A DNA stretch of 64,000 nucleotides from Thermoanaerobaculia bacterium (GCA_035544735.1 DATKCD010000073.1:8546-72545), one strand, 5' to 3'; positions 19,789 through 30,319 are shown, numbered from the stretch's first letter. Made by a program: numbers and translations. Notes: generated from the letters alone by a model not told the origin.

Positions 19789-20538
19789 GTGGATCTGTTT
19801 CTGGGCGTCCTGATGGTGCTGTTCGGTGCGGCTCTCGCGGGGGCGTTCGTGGTCCTGGCTGCCCTCTTGAACAGCGCGGAGAAGGGAACGCGCTCGCAGC
19901 GGTCCCCCGTGCGGGGGGAGATCGGAGTCTCCATCCTCCACCACATCGCCGCGGCCGGCGGGGCCGGCCCCGAGGCGGCGAGCCGCCTGGTGCGGGACCA
20001 TTCCTCCCATCGTGGAGTCGTCGAGCGGGGGATCGACCTCCGCAACTGGGCGGAAGCCTACGCGCGCGCGACGGACGAGCAGGGGCGTCACGAGCTGCTC
20101 GAGTCGGGCGTCCGGATCGCCGTCGCGATGCACCCGGCGATTCCGCTCCGCCAGTACAATGCGCTGCTCGATCTGAGCTTCGCGCTCGGGTTTCATCCCG
20201 ACGCCATGGCGCGCCTTCGCGCCCGATACCGCTTCGAGTACGTCGATTACGCGAAGGCCTCCCGGCCGCGGGAAGCCGACCGCTCCGGGGGGGCCGCCCC
20301 TCTGTTCGATCGGCGGACGAGTGCCGCCGATCGTGATGCGCTCCTGCAGGTCCTCGGGCTGAGCGGCGAATGCGACCGGCCGAGGGTCGTTTCCGCCTAC
20401 CGGCGCCTGGCTGCCCGGCACCATCCCGACCGCTTCCATCATGCCGGCCCCGCCGAGCGGGAGGCGGCCGCGCGGCGCTTCATCGAGATCACCGAGGCCT
20501 ACGAGCGGCTGCTGATCGTGATGAGCGCCGACGATTGA
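19789..20538 (+). CDS. J-domain (DnaJ-like) membrane protein, DjlA-like
   Basis: N-terminal TM helix (LGVLMVLFGAALAGAFVVLAALL). C-terminal J domain with YRRLAARHHPDR...ITEAYERL (HPD motif). Confidence 0.7.
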   Translation: MDLFLGVLMVLFGAALAGAFVVLAALLNSAEKGTRSQRSPVRGEIGVSILHHIAAAGGAGPEAASRLVRDHSSHRGVVERGIDLRNWAEAYARATDEQGRHELLESGVRIAVAMHPAIPLRQYNALLDLSFALGFHPDAMARLRARYRFEYVDYAKASRPREADRSGGAAPLFDRRTSAADRDALLQVLGLSGECDRPRVVSAYRRLAARHHPDRFHHAGPAEREAAARRFIEITEAYERLLIVMSADD

Positions 20539-20591
20539 CCCCCCTCCGGGGGGCTGCTATACTCGCCAGTCCGGTAGGGAATAGCCGTCGT

Positions 20592-20758
20592 TAACTGTTT
20601 GTTGACAGTCCTTCCGCCGAACCATTTCCCCGCGACAAACGTATTATTTTTGACTCGGCTATCGAGGACAGTAATGTCCCCTTTGATAGACGCCAGCAGC
20701 GTCGGCCTGCAATGGAACGAAGTGAAGCCGATGGTATCCCGCTTGCCCTAACTGTTTG
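20592..20758 (+). promoter_or_regulatory. Low-GC promoter/operator region upstream of the ECF sigma gene with duplicated motif TAACTGTTTG
   Basis: The motif occurs at 20592-20601 and 20749-20758, each followed by TTGA(C). Local GC is ~45% against a ~70% background. Confidence 0.3.
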
Positions 20759-20876
20759 ATTTGATTAATGTATGAGATTGGCCGCGCGCCAGGCCGCTCC
20801 CGGGCGGACCGGATGGACTCGCGGCATGAAGTGTGAACCCGATCATCACCGCGACGGAGTCGCGAGGAGTCACCCG

Positions 20877-21644
20877 ATGAAGAGCGCCGACGCCTACGAG
20901 CACGAACAGGGGTGGGATTTCGAGAAGGCAGCCATGCCTTACGTCGACTCCCTCTACAACACCGCGTATCGCATGACCCGGAACTCCGAGGATGCGGAGG
21001 ACCTGGTCCAGGAAACGTATCTCAAGGCGTACAAGTACTACGACAAGTTCGAGGAAGGCACGAACTTCAAGGCGTGGCTCTTCAAGATCATGAAGAACAC
21101 GTTCATCAACAACTACCGCAAGAAGAAGCTGACGCCTCACAAGATCGATTTCTCGGAGATTGAGGAGTCGTACGAGCGGGTGATCCAGAAGAACGCCCCC
21201 GATCTGATCCGGGATCCGGAGACCGAGATCTTCCAGGACATGATGGACGAGGACGTCAAGCGCGCCCTCGATACGCTTCCGCACGACTACAAGATGGTCG
21301 TGCTGCTCGCGGACATCGAGGGGTTCTCGTACAAGGAGATCGCCGAGATCCTTGATTGCCCCGTCGGGACGGTCATGTCGAGGCTCTATCGCGGCCGGAA
21401 GATGCTCGAGCGGACGCTTCTGGAGTACGCGCGCAAGTACGGCTACATCCGCGGCGCCGAGCCCGCGAAGATGCGCTCGCGCAAGGATGAGTCCAAGGGG
21501 ACCGAGAAGAAGAAGTCGGGCGAAGCCGACTCGGACGAGGCTCAGTCCGCCGACGATGAAGAGGACCTCGGCCTGCTGGCCGCCGATTCTTCCGACTTCG
21601 AATTCGAGATCGTCGAGGAAGAAGAGGAATTCGAGCTCCGGTAG
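20877..21644 (+). CDS. ECF-type RNA polymerase sigma-70 factor (SigR/SigE-like) with ~60-aa acidic C-terminal extension
   Basis: Sigma region 2 (YRMTRNSEDAEDLVQETYLKAYKYYDKF...WLFKIMKNTFIN) and region 4 (LPHDYKMVVLLADIEGFSYKEIAEILDCPVGTVMSRLYRGRKML). The tail is DSDEAQSADDEEDLGLL...FEFEIVEEEEEFELR. Confidence 0.85.
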   Translation: MKSADAYEHEQGWDFEKAAMPYVDSLYNTAYRMTRNSEDAEDLVQETYLKAYKYYDKFEEGTNFKAWLFKIMKNTFINNYRKKKLTPHKIDFSEIEESYERVIQKNAPDLIRDPETEIFQDMMDEDVKRALDTLPHDYKMVVLLADIEGFSYKEIAEILDCPVGTVMSRLYRGRKMLERTLLEYARKYGYIRGAEPAKMRSRKDESKGTEKKKSGEADSDEAQSADDEEDLGLLAADSSDFEFEIVEEEEEFELR

Positions 21645-21702
21645 GCCTGGTTTCGATCCGCGGGAGTCGTCACGCCCACAAATTTCTGGCGAGGAGACCT
21701 TC

Positions 21703-21933
21703 ATGGTCTGTGACGATGTACGACGGATCGCCTACTTCTTCCTCGACGGGCAGGTCGCTGCCGACGAGCTCGTCGACCTCGAAGGACACCTGAAACTCTG
21801 TCCCTCATGCGACGGACGCCTCTTGCTCCACCGGCGTCTTCGCGCTTTCGTCCGGGACAGGCTGCGCCCCCTCACCGCTCCGGTCTCTCTCCGGGACCGC
21901 ATCCACGCCGCTCTGCGGAGCGCAAGAGCCTGA
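21703..21933 (+). CDS. Zinc-binding anti-sigma factor (ZAS), soluble RsrA-like
   Basis: 76 aa with Cys3 and an H-x3-C-x2-C motif (HLKLCPSC). It lies immediately downstream of the ECF sigma gene, with GAGGAG RBS. No TM helix is present. Confidence 0.7.
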   Translation: MVCDDVRRIAYFFLDGQVAADELVDLEGHLKLCPSCDGRLLLHRRLRAFVRDRLRPLTAPVSLRDRIHAALRSARA

Positions 21934-21946
21934 GCGGAGTGTCGGG

Positions 21947-22507
21947 TTGAACGAGTCCCCCCTCGTCCTCGTCTCGTCCAACCCCAACAAAGCGATCGAG
22001 GCCGAGCGGATCCTCGGCCTCCCTCTTCTCCGCGTCGACCTCGCCCTCCCCGAGATCCAGGCCGCTTCCATCGAAGACATCACCCGCCACAAGCTCGAGA
22101 TGGCTCGGACTCGCGGCCATGGCCGCCTCATCGTCGAGGACGTCTCGCTCGGATTCGACGAGCTCGGCAACTTCCCCGGCCCCTACATCCACTGGCTCCT
22201 CCGCGCCGCCGGCGGACCCGCTCTCGGGGCCATCGCCTACTCCCTTCGCGACCGCGCCGCTCTCGCCCGCTGCTGCGTCGGCCTGTTCGACGGCGAGCGG
22301 ATCGACCTCCTGCTCGGCGAGACGCGCGGCGAGATCCTGGTCGAGCCTCGCGGCTCGACTGGTTTCGGCTGGGATGCCTGGTTCCTCCCCGCCGGATCGG
22401 ACCAGACCTATGCGCAGATGAGCCCGGATGAAAAGGACGCCGTCTCCCACCGCGGGAAGGCCTACCGGAAGCTTCGCGATCTCCTCGGCCCGACTGTCCG
22501 GAGGTGA
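21947..22507 (+). CDS. rdgB: Non-canonical purine NTP pyrophosphatase (RdgB/HAM1 family)
   Basis: Motifs SSNPNKAIEAERIL, FGWDAWFLP and SHRGKA. TTG start. Confidence 0.85.
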   Translation: MNESPLVLVSSNPNKAIEAERILGLPLLRVDLALPEIQAASIEDITRHKLEMARTRGHGRLIVEDVSLGFDELGNFPGPYIHWLLRAAGGPALGAIAYSLRDRAALARCCVGLFDGERIDLLLGETRGEILVEPRGSTGFGWDAWFLPAGSDQTYAQMSPDEKDAVSHRGKAYRKLRDLLGPTVRR

Positions 22508-22673
22508 CGACAATCGGGTCTCGATTCTGGACACTCTCACCCTCCCCTCCGCCCTCCGTGTGAGTAAAGTGCCTATAATCAGTCGCTTACAAGCCAGCGC
22601 CCATGGCAAGGCCTTTGAAATGAACAGGGCGTCCGCCTTCGAGGCGAGCACAGAGGAAAGGGGGCACCGGAAC

Positions 22674-22847
22674 ATGTGGATCTTCGATGGAGAAGAGTGG
22701 ATCAGGGAAGAAGGCGACTCAGGGACGAAGTCTTCGATCCCGGCCCCCGAGCTCCGTTACGAGCCTCCGGCGCCCGAGCTTCAGGTGGTCGAGATCCCGA
22801 TCACCCGCCGGAAGGAAAGGGAGATTCCCCCGTTTCCGATGGTGTGA
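22674..22847 (+). CDS. Small hypothetical protein (58 aa)
   Basis: ATG is preceded by GGAAAGGGGG; TATAAT box at 22575. Local GC is lower than background. There is no homology evidence. Confidence 0.25.
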   Translation: MWIFDGEEWIREEGDSGTKSSIPAPELRYEPPAPELQVVEIPITRRKEREIPPFPMV

Positions 22848-23649
22848 CCGGACTGATCTGCCGATGACCGGAAGGGCCGCGCGCCGAGCGCGGCCCTTCG
22901 CATTTGCGCAGGAATTCATCGAGAACCGGATCGAATGCTTCGGGTGCCGCCGTCATGAGGCGGTCCGCATGGTAGCGCCCCCTGACGGGGAGAATGATGA
23001 GCTTTCTCGGCTCGGGCGCCCGTTCCCACAGGATTCGGCCGTGGCGGTGATGGACGAGCCAGTCGTGCCGCGCGTGAATGATCGTGACGTCGATGGCGGC
23101 ATTCGCGATCTCGCGGGCGGCGTCGAGCTTGGAGCGGAAGCAGAAGCCCCAGTCGAATCTGGGGCTGCGGAACGCCTGGGAGAAGGTGAGGTGGCGATGG
23201 AGCGTGAACGGATTCGCCGCAGGGAAGATGCTCCGGAATCGAGCGACGGGTGAAACGAGAAGAAATGCCCCCCACGGGAGCTCCGGCACCCGCGCCGCGG
23301 CGGTGACGGCGATCGAAGCTCCGAGCGAAAAGGCGATGACATCGATCCGGTGGGCTGCCCCCCGCGCGACCAGATCGCGGGCGACCGCCTCGAGATCGCG
23401 GTATTCGCCGAGATTGAAACCGAACCTGCCACCGCTGTCGCCATGTCCCCGGAGATCGAGGATCGCGGCGGCGGCTCCGCTCGCGCCGATCCGGCGGGCG
23501 AGCTCGAGCATGGTGGGCCAGCGGCGGGTTCTCCAGAAGCCGGGAACGACCAGGACCAGGCGGTCGGATGGGACGGAGTAGTAGTCGTAATAAATTTCGG
23601 TCCCGTCGAGGGAACGAACCTTGCGAACAACGGGCTCGGGCAGGTTCAT
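22801..23649 (-). CDS. Alpha/beta-hydrolase fold protein
   Basis: Nucleophile elbow AFSLGAS, HG oxyanion-region LDLRGHGDSGG, and a C-terminal His (ARHDWLVHH). Confidence 0.7.
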   Translation of the reverse strand: MNLPEPVVRKVRSLDGTEIYYDYYSVPSDRLVLVVPGFWRTRRWPTMLELARRIGASGAAAAILDLRGHGDSGGRFGFNLGEYRDLEAVARDLVARGAAHRIDVIAFSLGASIAVTAAARVPELPWGAFLLVSPVARFRSIFPAANPFTLHRHLTFSQAFRSPRFDWGFCFRSKLDAAREIANAAIDVTIIHARHDWLVHHRHGRILWERAPEPRKLIILPVRGRYHADRLMTAAPEAFDPVLDEFLRKCEGPRSARGPSGHRQISPVTPSETGESPFPSGG

Positions 23650-23930
23650 CAGTTCATTTCAGAGCGCGGCTTGACAAGCGGGGACTCGCACCTAAGATAT
23701 ACACGGTTTTCAGATACCCCCCGTGGATCCCCGTTTCTGCGCTTGAAACCGGCTGGAAAGGATCGGTCGCCCATCGGACTGGTCGTGCTCGTGAGTTGCC
23801 GATGTCAGTTTTCGACGAGTGGGAAACGAGGTGATGCAGGCAACCTGAGCAATCATCGCCGAGAATGTCGAATTTCAGAACCAGAATCCATCGAAATCAT
23901 TTCGATGAATCAACAAAGGAGAGAGAACCC

Positions 23931-24122
23931 ATGAAGAAGTCCCTGATTGTCACCCTCGTTGCGATCTTCGCGATCGCCACCCTCGCCGTCAGTTGTGCCA
24001 GGGAAGAAACCATCATCACCGATACCGCCGCGACGGATACGGTCGTCATCGACACCGACACCGCGATGACGGACACGACGATGACGGACACGACGATGAC
24101 CGACACGACCGGCACGTACTGA
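23931..24122 (+). CDS. Small lipoprotein with Thr/Asp-rich (T-[MA]-TDT) repeats
   Basis: Signal peptide plus lipobox (MKKSLIVTLVAIFAIATLAVSC), then TDTAATDTVVIDTDTAMTDTTMTDTTMTDTT. It is encoded by an 18-bp DNA tandem repeat (gatgacggacacgac...). Confidence 0.4.
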   Translation: MKKSLIVTLVAIFAIATLAVSCAREETIITDTAATDTVVIDTDTAMTDTTMTDTTMTDTTGTY

Positions 24123-24138
24123 TCGGATTTCAGCCACA

Positions 24139-24180
24139 TCATGAAACGCCCCCGCCGAGGCGGGGGCGTTTCATTTCCCT
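24139..24180. terminator. Rho-independent terminator (bidirectional) between the lipoprotein gene and coaE
   Basis: aaacgcccccgcc-gagg-cgggggcgttt is a perfect 13-bp stem flanked by A- and T-rich runs. Confidence 0.7.
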
Positions 24181-24800
24181 TTCCGGAGCTTCCTGAGATC
24201 AGCGAGGAGCAACTCGTGCACGCGCCTGGTTTCGGTCTCCAGATGTTCCTCGCTGCCTGAGTTGTCGATCACGTAATCGGCTGCCGCCCGCCGTGAAGTC
24301 CGATCCATCTGCCGCCGGATCCGGTTCTCGGCGTCCTCGCGGTCCATGCCTCGAGCCGCGGCACGCTCGATCTGGATCGGTTCCGGGAGGTCGACCACGA
24401 CGACCCGATCGTAGCGACCGCGTCCGCCGGACTCGAGCAGCAGCGTGGCCTCGGCGACGACGATTCCGTCTTCCCCTTCCGAGCGCTTCTCCTCCTCCGC
24501 GATGATCCGCTTCTCCCGCTCGATGACGAGGGGATGGATCAGTCGGTTGAGGCGGTCGGCCTCTTCCCGGGAGGCGAACGCAAGCGCAGCCAGCGCCGGC
24601 CGGTCGATCTCCCCCTCCGGCGTGAGAACCCGGCGCCCGTACTCCCGGACTACGGCGCGATGACCCGGCTCGCCCGGCTCGTAGAGACGATCGACGATCT
24701 CGTCGGCATCGACGACCTTGCATCCCAGTCCGGCGAGGATCTCTCCGACGGTCGATTTGCCCGACGCCAGGCCTCCGGTGAGTCCGACTCTGAGGATCAT
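24171..24800 (-). CDS. coaE: Dephospho-CoA kinase
   Basis: [18 protein letters not shown]-loop with CoaE-family collinearity. The ATG overlaps the folD stop (ATGA). Confidence 0.9.
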   Translation of the reverse strand: MILRVGLTGGLASGKSTVGEILAGLGCKVVDADEIVDRLYEPGEPGHRAVVREYGRRVLTPEGEIDRPALAALAFASREEADRLNRLIHPLVIEREKRIIAEEEKRSEGEDGIVVAEATLLLESGGRGRYDRVVVVDLPEPIQIERAAARGMDREDAENRIRRQMDRTSRRAAADYVIDNSGSEEHLETETRRVHELLLADLRKLRKGK

Positions 24801-25705
24801 CGCCAGCGCCCTTCGGCCGCCGCGACCGTGTTGGCCATCAGCATGGCGATCGTCATCGGTCCGACTCCTCCCGGAACCGGGGTGATCCACCCCGCGACCT
24901 CCGCGGCACCTTCGAGCTCCACGTCGCCCACGAGCACCGAGCCCTTTTCCTCGAGGATCGCCCGCTTCCGGGGGCCGAGAGCGGCGGCCGCGGAATCGCC
25001 CGCTTCGAGCCGGTTCATCCCGACGTCTATGATGACGCCGCCGGGACGCAGCATCTCGGCTCGGATCAGGCAGGGGCGGCCGACGGCGGCGACGACGATG
25101 TCGGCCTGGCGGACCATCGCGGCGAGATCGCGGGTTCTCGAGTGGCAGATGGTCACCGTGGCGTGGTGCTGCAGGAGCAGGATGGCCACCGGCTTGCCGA
25201 CGATGTTGCTCCGCCCGACCACCACGGCGTGGGCTCCCGCGATGGTCCGTCCCGTCGACTCGATCAGCCGCATCACGCCCGCCGGCGTACACGGCACCAG
25301 GGAGGGCCGGCCGAGCTGGAGCCGGCCGACGTTGACCGGATGGAACCCGTCGACGTCCTTCGCCGGATCGATCGCCTCGACCACGGCGCGCTCGTCGATT
25401 CGGGCGGGAAGCGGAAGCTGAACCAGGATTCCATCGATCTCGGGGTCTCGATTGAGCCGGTCGACTTCGCGCAGCAGCTCTTCGCCGGCGGTCGATGCGG
25501 GAAGGTGAAGCACCTCGCCCGCCAGTCCGAGCTCCTCGGCTTTACGCGCCTTGCTCCGGACGTAGATCTCGGACGCGGGATCGTCGCCCACGCGCACGGC
25601 GGTGAGCTTCGGGCGGATCCCGCGCGCGGCGAGTGCTGCGATTCGGGGCTGAAGCTCCCGCTCGACGGTTCGTGCGATCGCTTTTCCATCGATGATTCGG
25701 GCGGG
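24797..25705 (-). CDS. folD: Bifunctional 5,10-methylene-tetrahydrofolate dehydrogenase / methenyl-THF cyclohydrolase
   Basis: [10 protein letters not shown]..., [14 protein letters not shown] and GRSNIVGKP motifs. GTG start with AAGGA RBS. Confidence 0.9.
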   Translation of the reverse strand, partial: PARIIDGKAIARTVERELQPRIAALAARGIRPKLTAVRVGDDPASEIYVRSKARKAEELGLAGEVLHLPASTAGEELLREVDRLNRDPEIDGILVQLPLPARIDERAVVEAIDPAKDVDGFHPVNVGRLQLGRPSLVPCTPAGVMRLIESTGRTIAGAHAVVVGRSNIVGKPVAILLLQHHATVTICHSRTRDLAAMVRQADIVVAAVGRPCLIRAEMLRPGGVIIDVGMNRLEAGDSAAAALGPRKRAILEEKGSVLVGDVELEGAAEVAGWITPVPGGVGPMTIAMLMANTVAAAEGRWR

Positions 25706-26014
25706 CACGGGGAGATCCTTTCGTCGAACGGTCGGGGCGAGGCGGCCGGTCCGGGCTTGTACCACAACGGACGGGCGGCGTCAGCGTGGCCTTCGCGGCG
25801 ATGCCGTTCGAGTCGGTGCAGAGCGAGCGTTTTCGCTCCGATTCGAGGGGAATGAAGCCTTGACACCCCCTGTTCGCATGGGTTACCGTTTCACGCCCTT
25901 CGCGGAGCAGGAGCGGTCGTGTGCGCTGCCGTCCCGGAAGGTCCCGCCGCGCACGCGCCGGTTTTTGAAATTTCCAGACAGTTACGGGTTTTTCCCGGAT
26001 CAGCAGGGAGAGTC

Positions 26015-26473
26015 ATGCGCACGTATTTCCCCAAAGAGGGGGACATCAAGGCCCGATGGTGGGTCGTCGACGCCGAGGGCATGGTCCTGGGACGGCTTTC
26101 GTCCGAGATCGCCAAGATCATCAGCGGCAAGACCAAGCCGACCTATACCCCGTTCCTCGATACGGGGGATCACGTGATCGTGGTCAACGCCGAGAAGATC
26201 GTGCTCAGCGGGAAGAAGGAAGGCGACAAGCTCTACCGGCGTCACAGCGGGTATCCGGGCGGTCTGCGTGAAACGCAGGCGAAGTTCGTCCGGGCCGAGA
26301 AGCCGGAGACGATGATCGAAGAGGCGGTCTGGGGGATGCTCCCGAAGAACCGCCTCGGACGGAAGATGCTCAAGAAGCTGAAGGTCTATCGCGGCGCGCA
26401 GCATCCGCACCAGGCCCAGCAGCCGGAGAATCTGAAGATCGAGGTCGACGGGCCTCGCGGACAGGGTGAATGA
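26015..26473 (+). CDS. rplM: 50S ribosomal protein L13
   Basis: [28 protein letters not shown]... is the L13 signature. AGGGAG RBS. Confidence 0.95.
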   Translation: MRTYFPKEGDIKARWWVVDAEGMVLGRLSSEIAKIISGKTKPTYTPFLDTGDHVIVVNAEKIVLSGKKEGDKLYRRHSGYPGGLRETQAKFVRAEKPETMIEEAVWGMLPKNRLGRKMLKKLKVYRGAQHPHQAQQPENLKIEVDGPRGQGE

Positions 26474-26859
26474 TGGTCGAGTACTACGGAACGGGACGAA
26501 GGAAGTGTTCGACGGCGCGCGTCCGGCTGCGCCAGGGAAGCGGGAAGATCGTGGTGAACCGCCGGGGATTCGACGAGTACTTTCCCAACGAAGTTCTGAA
26601 GATGGTGATCAGGCAGCCGCTCTCGCTGACCGAGACGGCCGATCATTTCGACATCGTGGTTCGAGTCGACGGCGGCGGGCCGAGCGGGCAGGCCGGAGCC
26701 ATCCGGCACGGGATCTCACGGGCCCTGCTCAGCTTCAATGCAGAGCTCCGGAAACGGCTGAAGAAGGCCGGACTCCTCACGCGCGACCCGCGCATGAAAG
26801 AGCGGAAGAAATACGGGCAGCGCGGCGCGCGAGCCCGCTTCCAGTTCTCCAAGCGCTGA
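26470..26859 (+). CDS. rpsI: 30S ribosomal protein S9
   Basis: YYGTGRRK...[19 protein letters not shown]...[17 protein letters not shown]. Confidence 0.95.
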   Translation: MMVEYYGTGRRKCSTARVRLRQGSGKIVVNRRGFDEYFPNEVLKMVIRQPLSLTETADHFDIVVRVDGGGPSGQAGAIRHGISRALLSFNAELRKRLKKAGLLTRDPRMKERKKYGQRGARARFQFSKR

Positions 26860-26892
26860 TCCATGGTTCCGGACTCCATCGCCGAGATTTCG

Positions 26893-26937
26893 GGACAGGG
26901 GCCGATCCGGCTCCTGTCCTTTGTTTTGTGGAGCACG
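26893..26937 (+). terminator. Rho-independent terminator after rpsI
   Basis: ggacaggggccgatccggctcctgtcc hairpin followed by tttgttttg. Confidence 0.6.
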
Positions 26938-27030
26938 GACGCCCCACGGCCGGGCCGGGGCCGCAGTTGCACGAACGTCCCTCGGGACACAGGTTGTGGG
27001 AGTGACTGAAAGAGCGAAAAGGAGGATCCG

Positions 27031-27831
27031 TTGGCCGTTTCTATTACGATGAAAGAGCTATTGGAAGCTGGCGTTCACTTCGGTCATCAGACCAAGCGCT
27101 GGAATCCGAAGATGAAGAAATACATCTTCGGCAAGCGCAACGGGATCTACATCATCGACCTGCAGAAAACGCTCAAGCTCTTCAAGGAAGCTTCCGCATT
27201 CGTCACCGATCTTGCCGCCCAGGGCAAGAGGGTGCTGTTCGTCGGTACCAAGCGCCAGGCCCAGGACGCGATCGTCGAAGAGGCGAACCGCTGCGGGATG
27301 TTCTACGTGAACAGCCGCTGGCTGGGCGGAACCCTGACCAATTTCACGACCGTCCGCCGCTCGATCGAGCGCCTCAAGGAGCTGGAGGCGATTCTCGCGG
27401 ACGAGAGCAAGGAAATGTCGAAAAAGGAGCGCGCCGCCTTCGAGCGCGAGCGCGAAAAGCTCCAGAAGAACCTGATCGGAATCCGCGAGATGGAGAGCCT
27501 TCCCGATGCCCTCTTCGTGATCGACCCGAAGAAGGAGCACATCGCCGTCAAGGAGGCACGCAAGCTCGCGATCCCGGTGGTCGGCATCGTCGACACGAAC
27601 TGCGATCCGGACGACATCGAATACGTCATCCCGGGCAACGACGACGCGATCCGCGCGATCCGCCTGTTCACGTCGAAGATCGCGGACTCGGTCCTCGAAG
27701 GCTACTCGGTCGCCGAGGAACAATACCTCGCCGCCGAAGGAAAGGAAGACGCCGGAGAAGAGGAATCGGTCTCCCCCGTCGCTCCCGAGAGCGGGCCGGA
27801 GCCCGCCGTTGCCGTCCCGCCGGTCAACTGA
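27031..27831 (+). CDS. rpsB: 30S ribosomal protein S2
   Basis: [22 protein letters not shown]... Confidence 0.95.
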   Translation: MAVSITMKELLEAGVHFGHQTKRWNPKMKKYIFGKRNGIYIIDLQKTLKLFKEASAFVTDLAAQGKRVLFVGTKRQAQDAIVEEANRCGMFYVNSRWLGGTLTNFTTVRRSIERLKELEAILADESKEMSKKERAAFEREREKLQKNLIGIREMESLPDALFVIDPKKEHIAVKEARKLAIPVVGIVDTNCDPDDIEYVIPGNDDAIRAIRLFTSKIADSVLEGYSVAEEQYLAAEGKEDAGEEESVSPVAPESGPEPAVAVPPVN

Positions 27832-27940
27832 ATGCGAATCTGATCCCGGCGCACCCCCGGTCGGGGTTCGCCCTCGTCGTCGACCCGCGAGGCTCGTCCT
27901 CTGCGGCCGCTCACCCCGTCCGAGTTCGGAGAGTTCGATC

Positions 27941-28867
27941 ATGGCAGAAATCACTGCAGCTCAGGTGAAGGAGCTCCGCGAAAAAACCGGAGCCGGAATG
28001 ATGGATTGCAAGAAGGCGCTGACCGAGGCCGGCGGCGACTTCGAGGAGGCGGTCAAGGTCCTGCGCAAGAAGGGTCTCGCCGCCGCGGGCAGGAAGGCGG
28101 GGCGCGTCACCTCCGAGGGACTCGCATGGGCCGAGGTGTCCGAGGGCAGCGCCGTCGCCGTCGAGATCAACTCCGAGACCGACTTCGTCGCTCAGAACGC
28201 CGAGTTTCGGGAGCTCGTCGTGACGATCGCCGGCATCGCGGCTCGCTCGAAGGCCGGCAGCGTCGATCAGCTCGTCGATGAGAAGTGGCCCGGCGACCCC
28301 GAAAACCGCACGGTCGCCCAGATTCTCGCCGAAAAGATCGCGAAGATCGGCGAGAACCTCTCGGTCCGGCGATTCATCCGGTACGAGGCGACGCCGAAAT
28401 CGGTGTTCGGCACCTACGTCCACGGAAACGGCAGGATCGCGGTGGTGGTCGAGCTTCATGCCGAGGGCGGCGACCGGGACGCGCTCGGTTCGCTCGCCCG
28501 CGACCTGGCGATGCACGTCGCCGCAGCTGAGCCGCGCTTCCTCCGCCGCGAGGAGATCACCGAAGCGGACCTCACGACCGAGAGGGAGATCGCGCGCGAT
28601 CAGGCGCTCAAGTCGGGCAAGCCCGAAAACGTGGTCGAGAAGATCGTCTCCGGCAAGATGGAGAAGTTCTACGGCGAGGCGGTCCTTCTCGAGCAGCCCT
28701 ACATCCGCGAGGAGAAGACCTCGATCCGCCAGCTCGTCGAACAGAGGGCCGGGCAGGCGGGCGCGAAGGCGGAGCTCGCCCGGTTCGCCCGCTTCAAGGT
28801 CGGCGAAGGTCTCGAGCGGCGCTCGGACGATTTCGTCGCCGAAGTGATGGCTCAAGCCCGCGGCTGA
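27941..28867 (+). CDS. tsf: Elongation factor Ts
   Basis: MAEITAAQVKELREKTGAGMMDCKKAL (UBA-like N-terminus) with EF-Ts dimerisation core. Confidence 0.95.
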   Translation: MAEITAAQVKELREKTGAGMMDCKKALTEAGGDFEEAVKVLRKKGLAAAGRKAGRVTSEGLAWAEVSEGSAVAVEINSETDFVAQNAEFRELVVTIAGIAARSKAGSVDQLVDEKWPGDPENRTVAQILAEKIAKIGENLSVRRFIRYEATPKSVFGTYVHGNGRIAVVVELHAEGGDRDALGSLARDLAMHVAAAEPRFLRREEITEADLTTEREIARDQALKSGKPENVVEKIVSGKMEKFYGEAVLLEQPYIREEKTSIRQLVEQRAGQAGAKAELARFARFKVGEGLERRSDDFVAEVMAQARG

Positions 28868-28883
28868 GCGAGAGCGCATTCGA

Positions 28884-28924
28884 ATCGATCGACGAGGCGG
28901 GCCACGGCCCGCCTCGTTCTTTCT
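28884..28924 (+). terminator. Rho-independent terminator after tsf
   Basis: gaggcgggcc-acg-gcccgcctc stem followed by gttctttct. Confidence 0.6.
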
Positions 28925-29003
28925 GCGGACCTGCGCCTGGGTCGCGCTGCTTCGGGACCCTGCATACCCATGTGGTATATAAATGCGCCGGGACGCCACG
29001 ACG

Positions 29004-29759
29004 ATGACCTCCGACCCTTCCCCGCGATACGGGAGAATCCTCCTCAAGCTCTCCGGCGAGGCGCTCATGGGCGAGCGCAAGTACGGAATCGATCCGGACA
29101 CGCTCAACGCGATCGCCGAAGAGGTTTCGACCGTCCAGGAGCTGGGAGTACAGACGGCGATCGTGATCGGCGGAGGAAACATCTTCCGCGGCGTCAACGC
29201 CGCCGGCCAGGGGATCGACCGCGTGGTCGGGGACCACATGGGGATGCTCGCGACGGTGATCAACGGGCTGGCTCTTCAGGCGGCGCTGGAACGGCAGGGG
29301 CTGCCGACGCGAGTCACCACGGCCATCATGATGTCGGAGGTGGCCGAGCCGTTCATCCGGCGGCGGGCGATCCGTCACCTCGAGAAGGGGCGCGTGGTGA
29401 TCTGCGCCGCCGGCACCGGGAATCCATTCTTCACGACCGATTCCGCGGCCGCACTCCGCGCCGCCGAGCTCGGATGCGAGATCCTGTTCAAGGCGACGAA
29501 GGTCGACGGCGTCTACACCGCCGATCCGAACGAGGACCCCTCGGCGAAGAAGATCTCGCGCCTGTCGTATCAGCGCGTGCTCTCCGAGCGCCTTCAGGTG
29601 ATGGACGCCTCGGCCATCGACCTCGCGCGCGGCAGCTCGATTCCCATCTGCGTCTTCTCGATTTTCGAGAAAGGGAACATCCGGCGGGCCGTGCTCGGCG
29701 AACAGATCGGCTCCATCGTGACCGACGAGCCCGAAATGGCTCGCGTGGAGGGCATCTGA
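29004..29759 (+). CDS. pyrH: UMP kinase
   Basis: [11 protein letters not shown]...[11 protein letters not shown]... Confidence 0.95.
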   Translation: MTSDPSPRYGRILLKLSGEALMGERKYGIDPDTLNAIAEEVSTVQELGVQTAIVIGGGNIFRGVNAAGQGIDRVVGDHMGMLATVINGLALQAALERQGLPTRVTTAIMMSEVAEPFIRRRAIRHLEKGRVVICAAGTGNPFFTTDSAAALRAAELGCEILFKATKVDGVYTADPNEDPSAKKISRLSYQRVLSERLQVMDASAIDLARGSSIPICVFSIFEKGNIRRAVLGEQIGSIVTDEPEMARVEGI

Positions 29760-30319
29760 TGGAAGTCAGGGAGCTCCTCAAGGATCTCGACCGGCGGATG
29801 CACGGAGCGATCGAGGCGCTCCACTCCGAGTTCAAGCAGCTCCGCACCGGCCGGGCATCGCTCTCGATGCTCGACGGAGTCGTCGTGCCGTATTACGGGA
29901 ACGACTCGCCGTTGAATCAGGTCGCGAGCCTGAGCGTCCCAGAGACTTCTCTGATCGTGGCGCAGCCCTGGGACCGTTCCCTGATCCCGGCGATCGAAAA
30001 GGCGATCCGTTCGGCCGACCTCGGTTTCAACCCCGCGAGCGACGGCCAGGTCGTCCGCATCCCGGTCCCCCCCCTCACCGAAGAGCGTCGCAAGGAGCTC
30101 GTCAAGAAGGCCCACCACATGGCCGAAGAGGTTCGGACCGCGATCCGGCAGGTGCGCCGGGACGGCAATGACAAGGTCAAGAAGCTCCAGAAGGACCATC
30201 AGATCTCCGAGGACGAGGAGAAGCGGACGCACGACGAGATCCAGAAGCTGACCGATAAATACATCGCCGAGGTCGCGACGGTTCTGGAGCACAAAGAAGC
30301 GGAGATCATGGAAGTCTGA
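29759..30319 (+). CDS. frr: Ribosome recycling factor
   Basis: RRF family collinearity (LRTGRASLSMLDGVVVPYYG...). ATG overlaps the pyrH stop. Confidence 0.95.
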   Translation: MEVRELLKDLDRRMHGAIEALHSEFKQLRTGRASLSMLDGVVVPYYGNDSPLNQVASLSVPETSLIVAQPWDRSLIPAIEKAIRSADLGFNPASDGQVVRIPVPPLTEERRKELVKKAHHMAEEVRTAIRQVRRDGNDKVKKLQKDHQISEDEEKRTHDEIQKLTDKYIAEVATVLEHKEAEIMEV

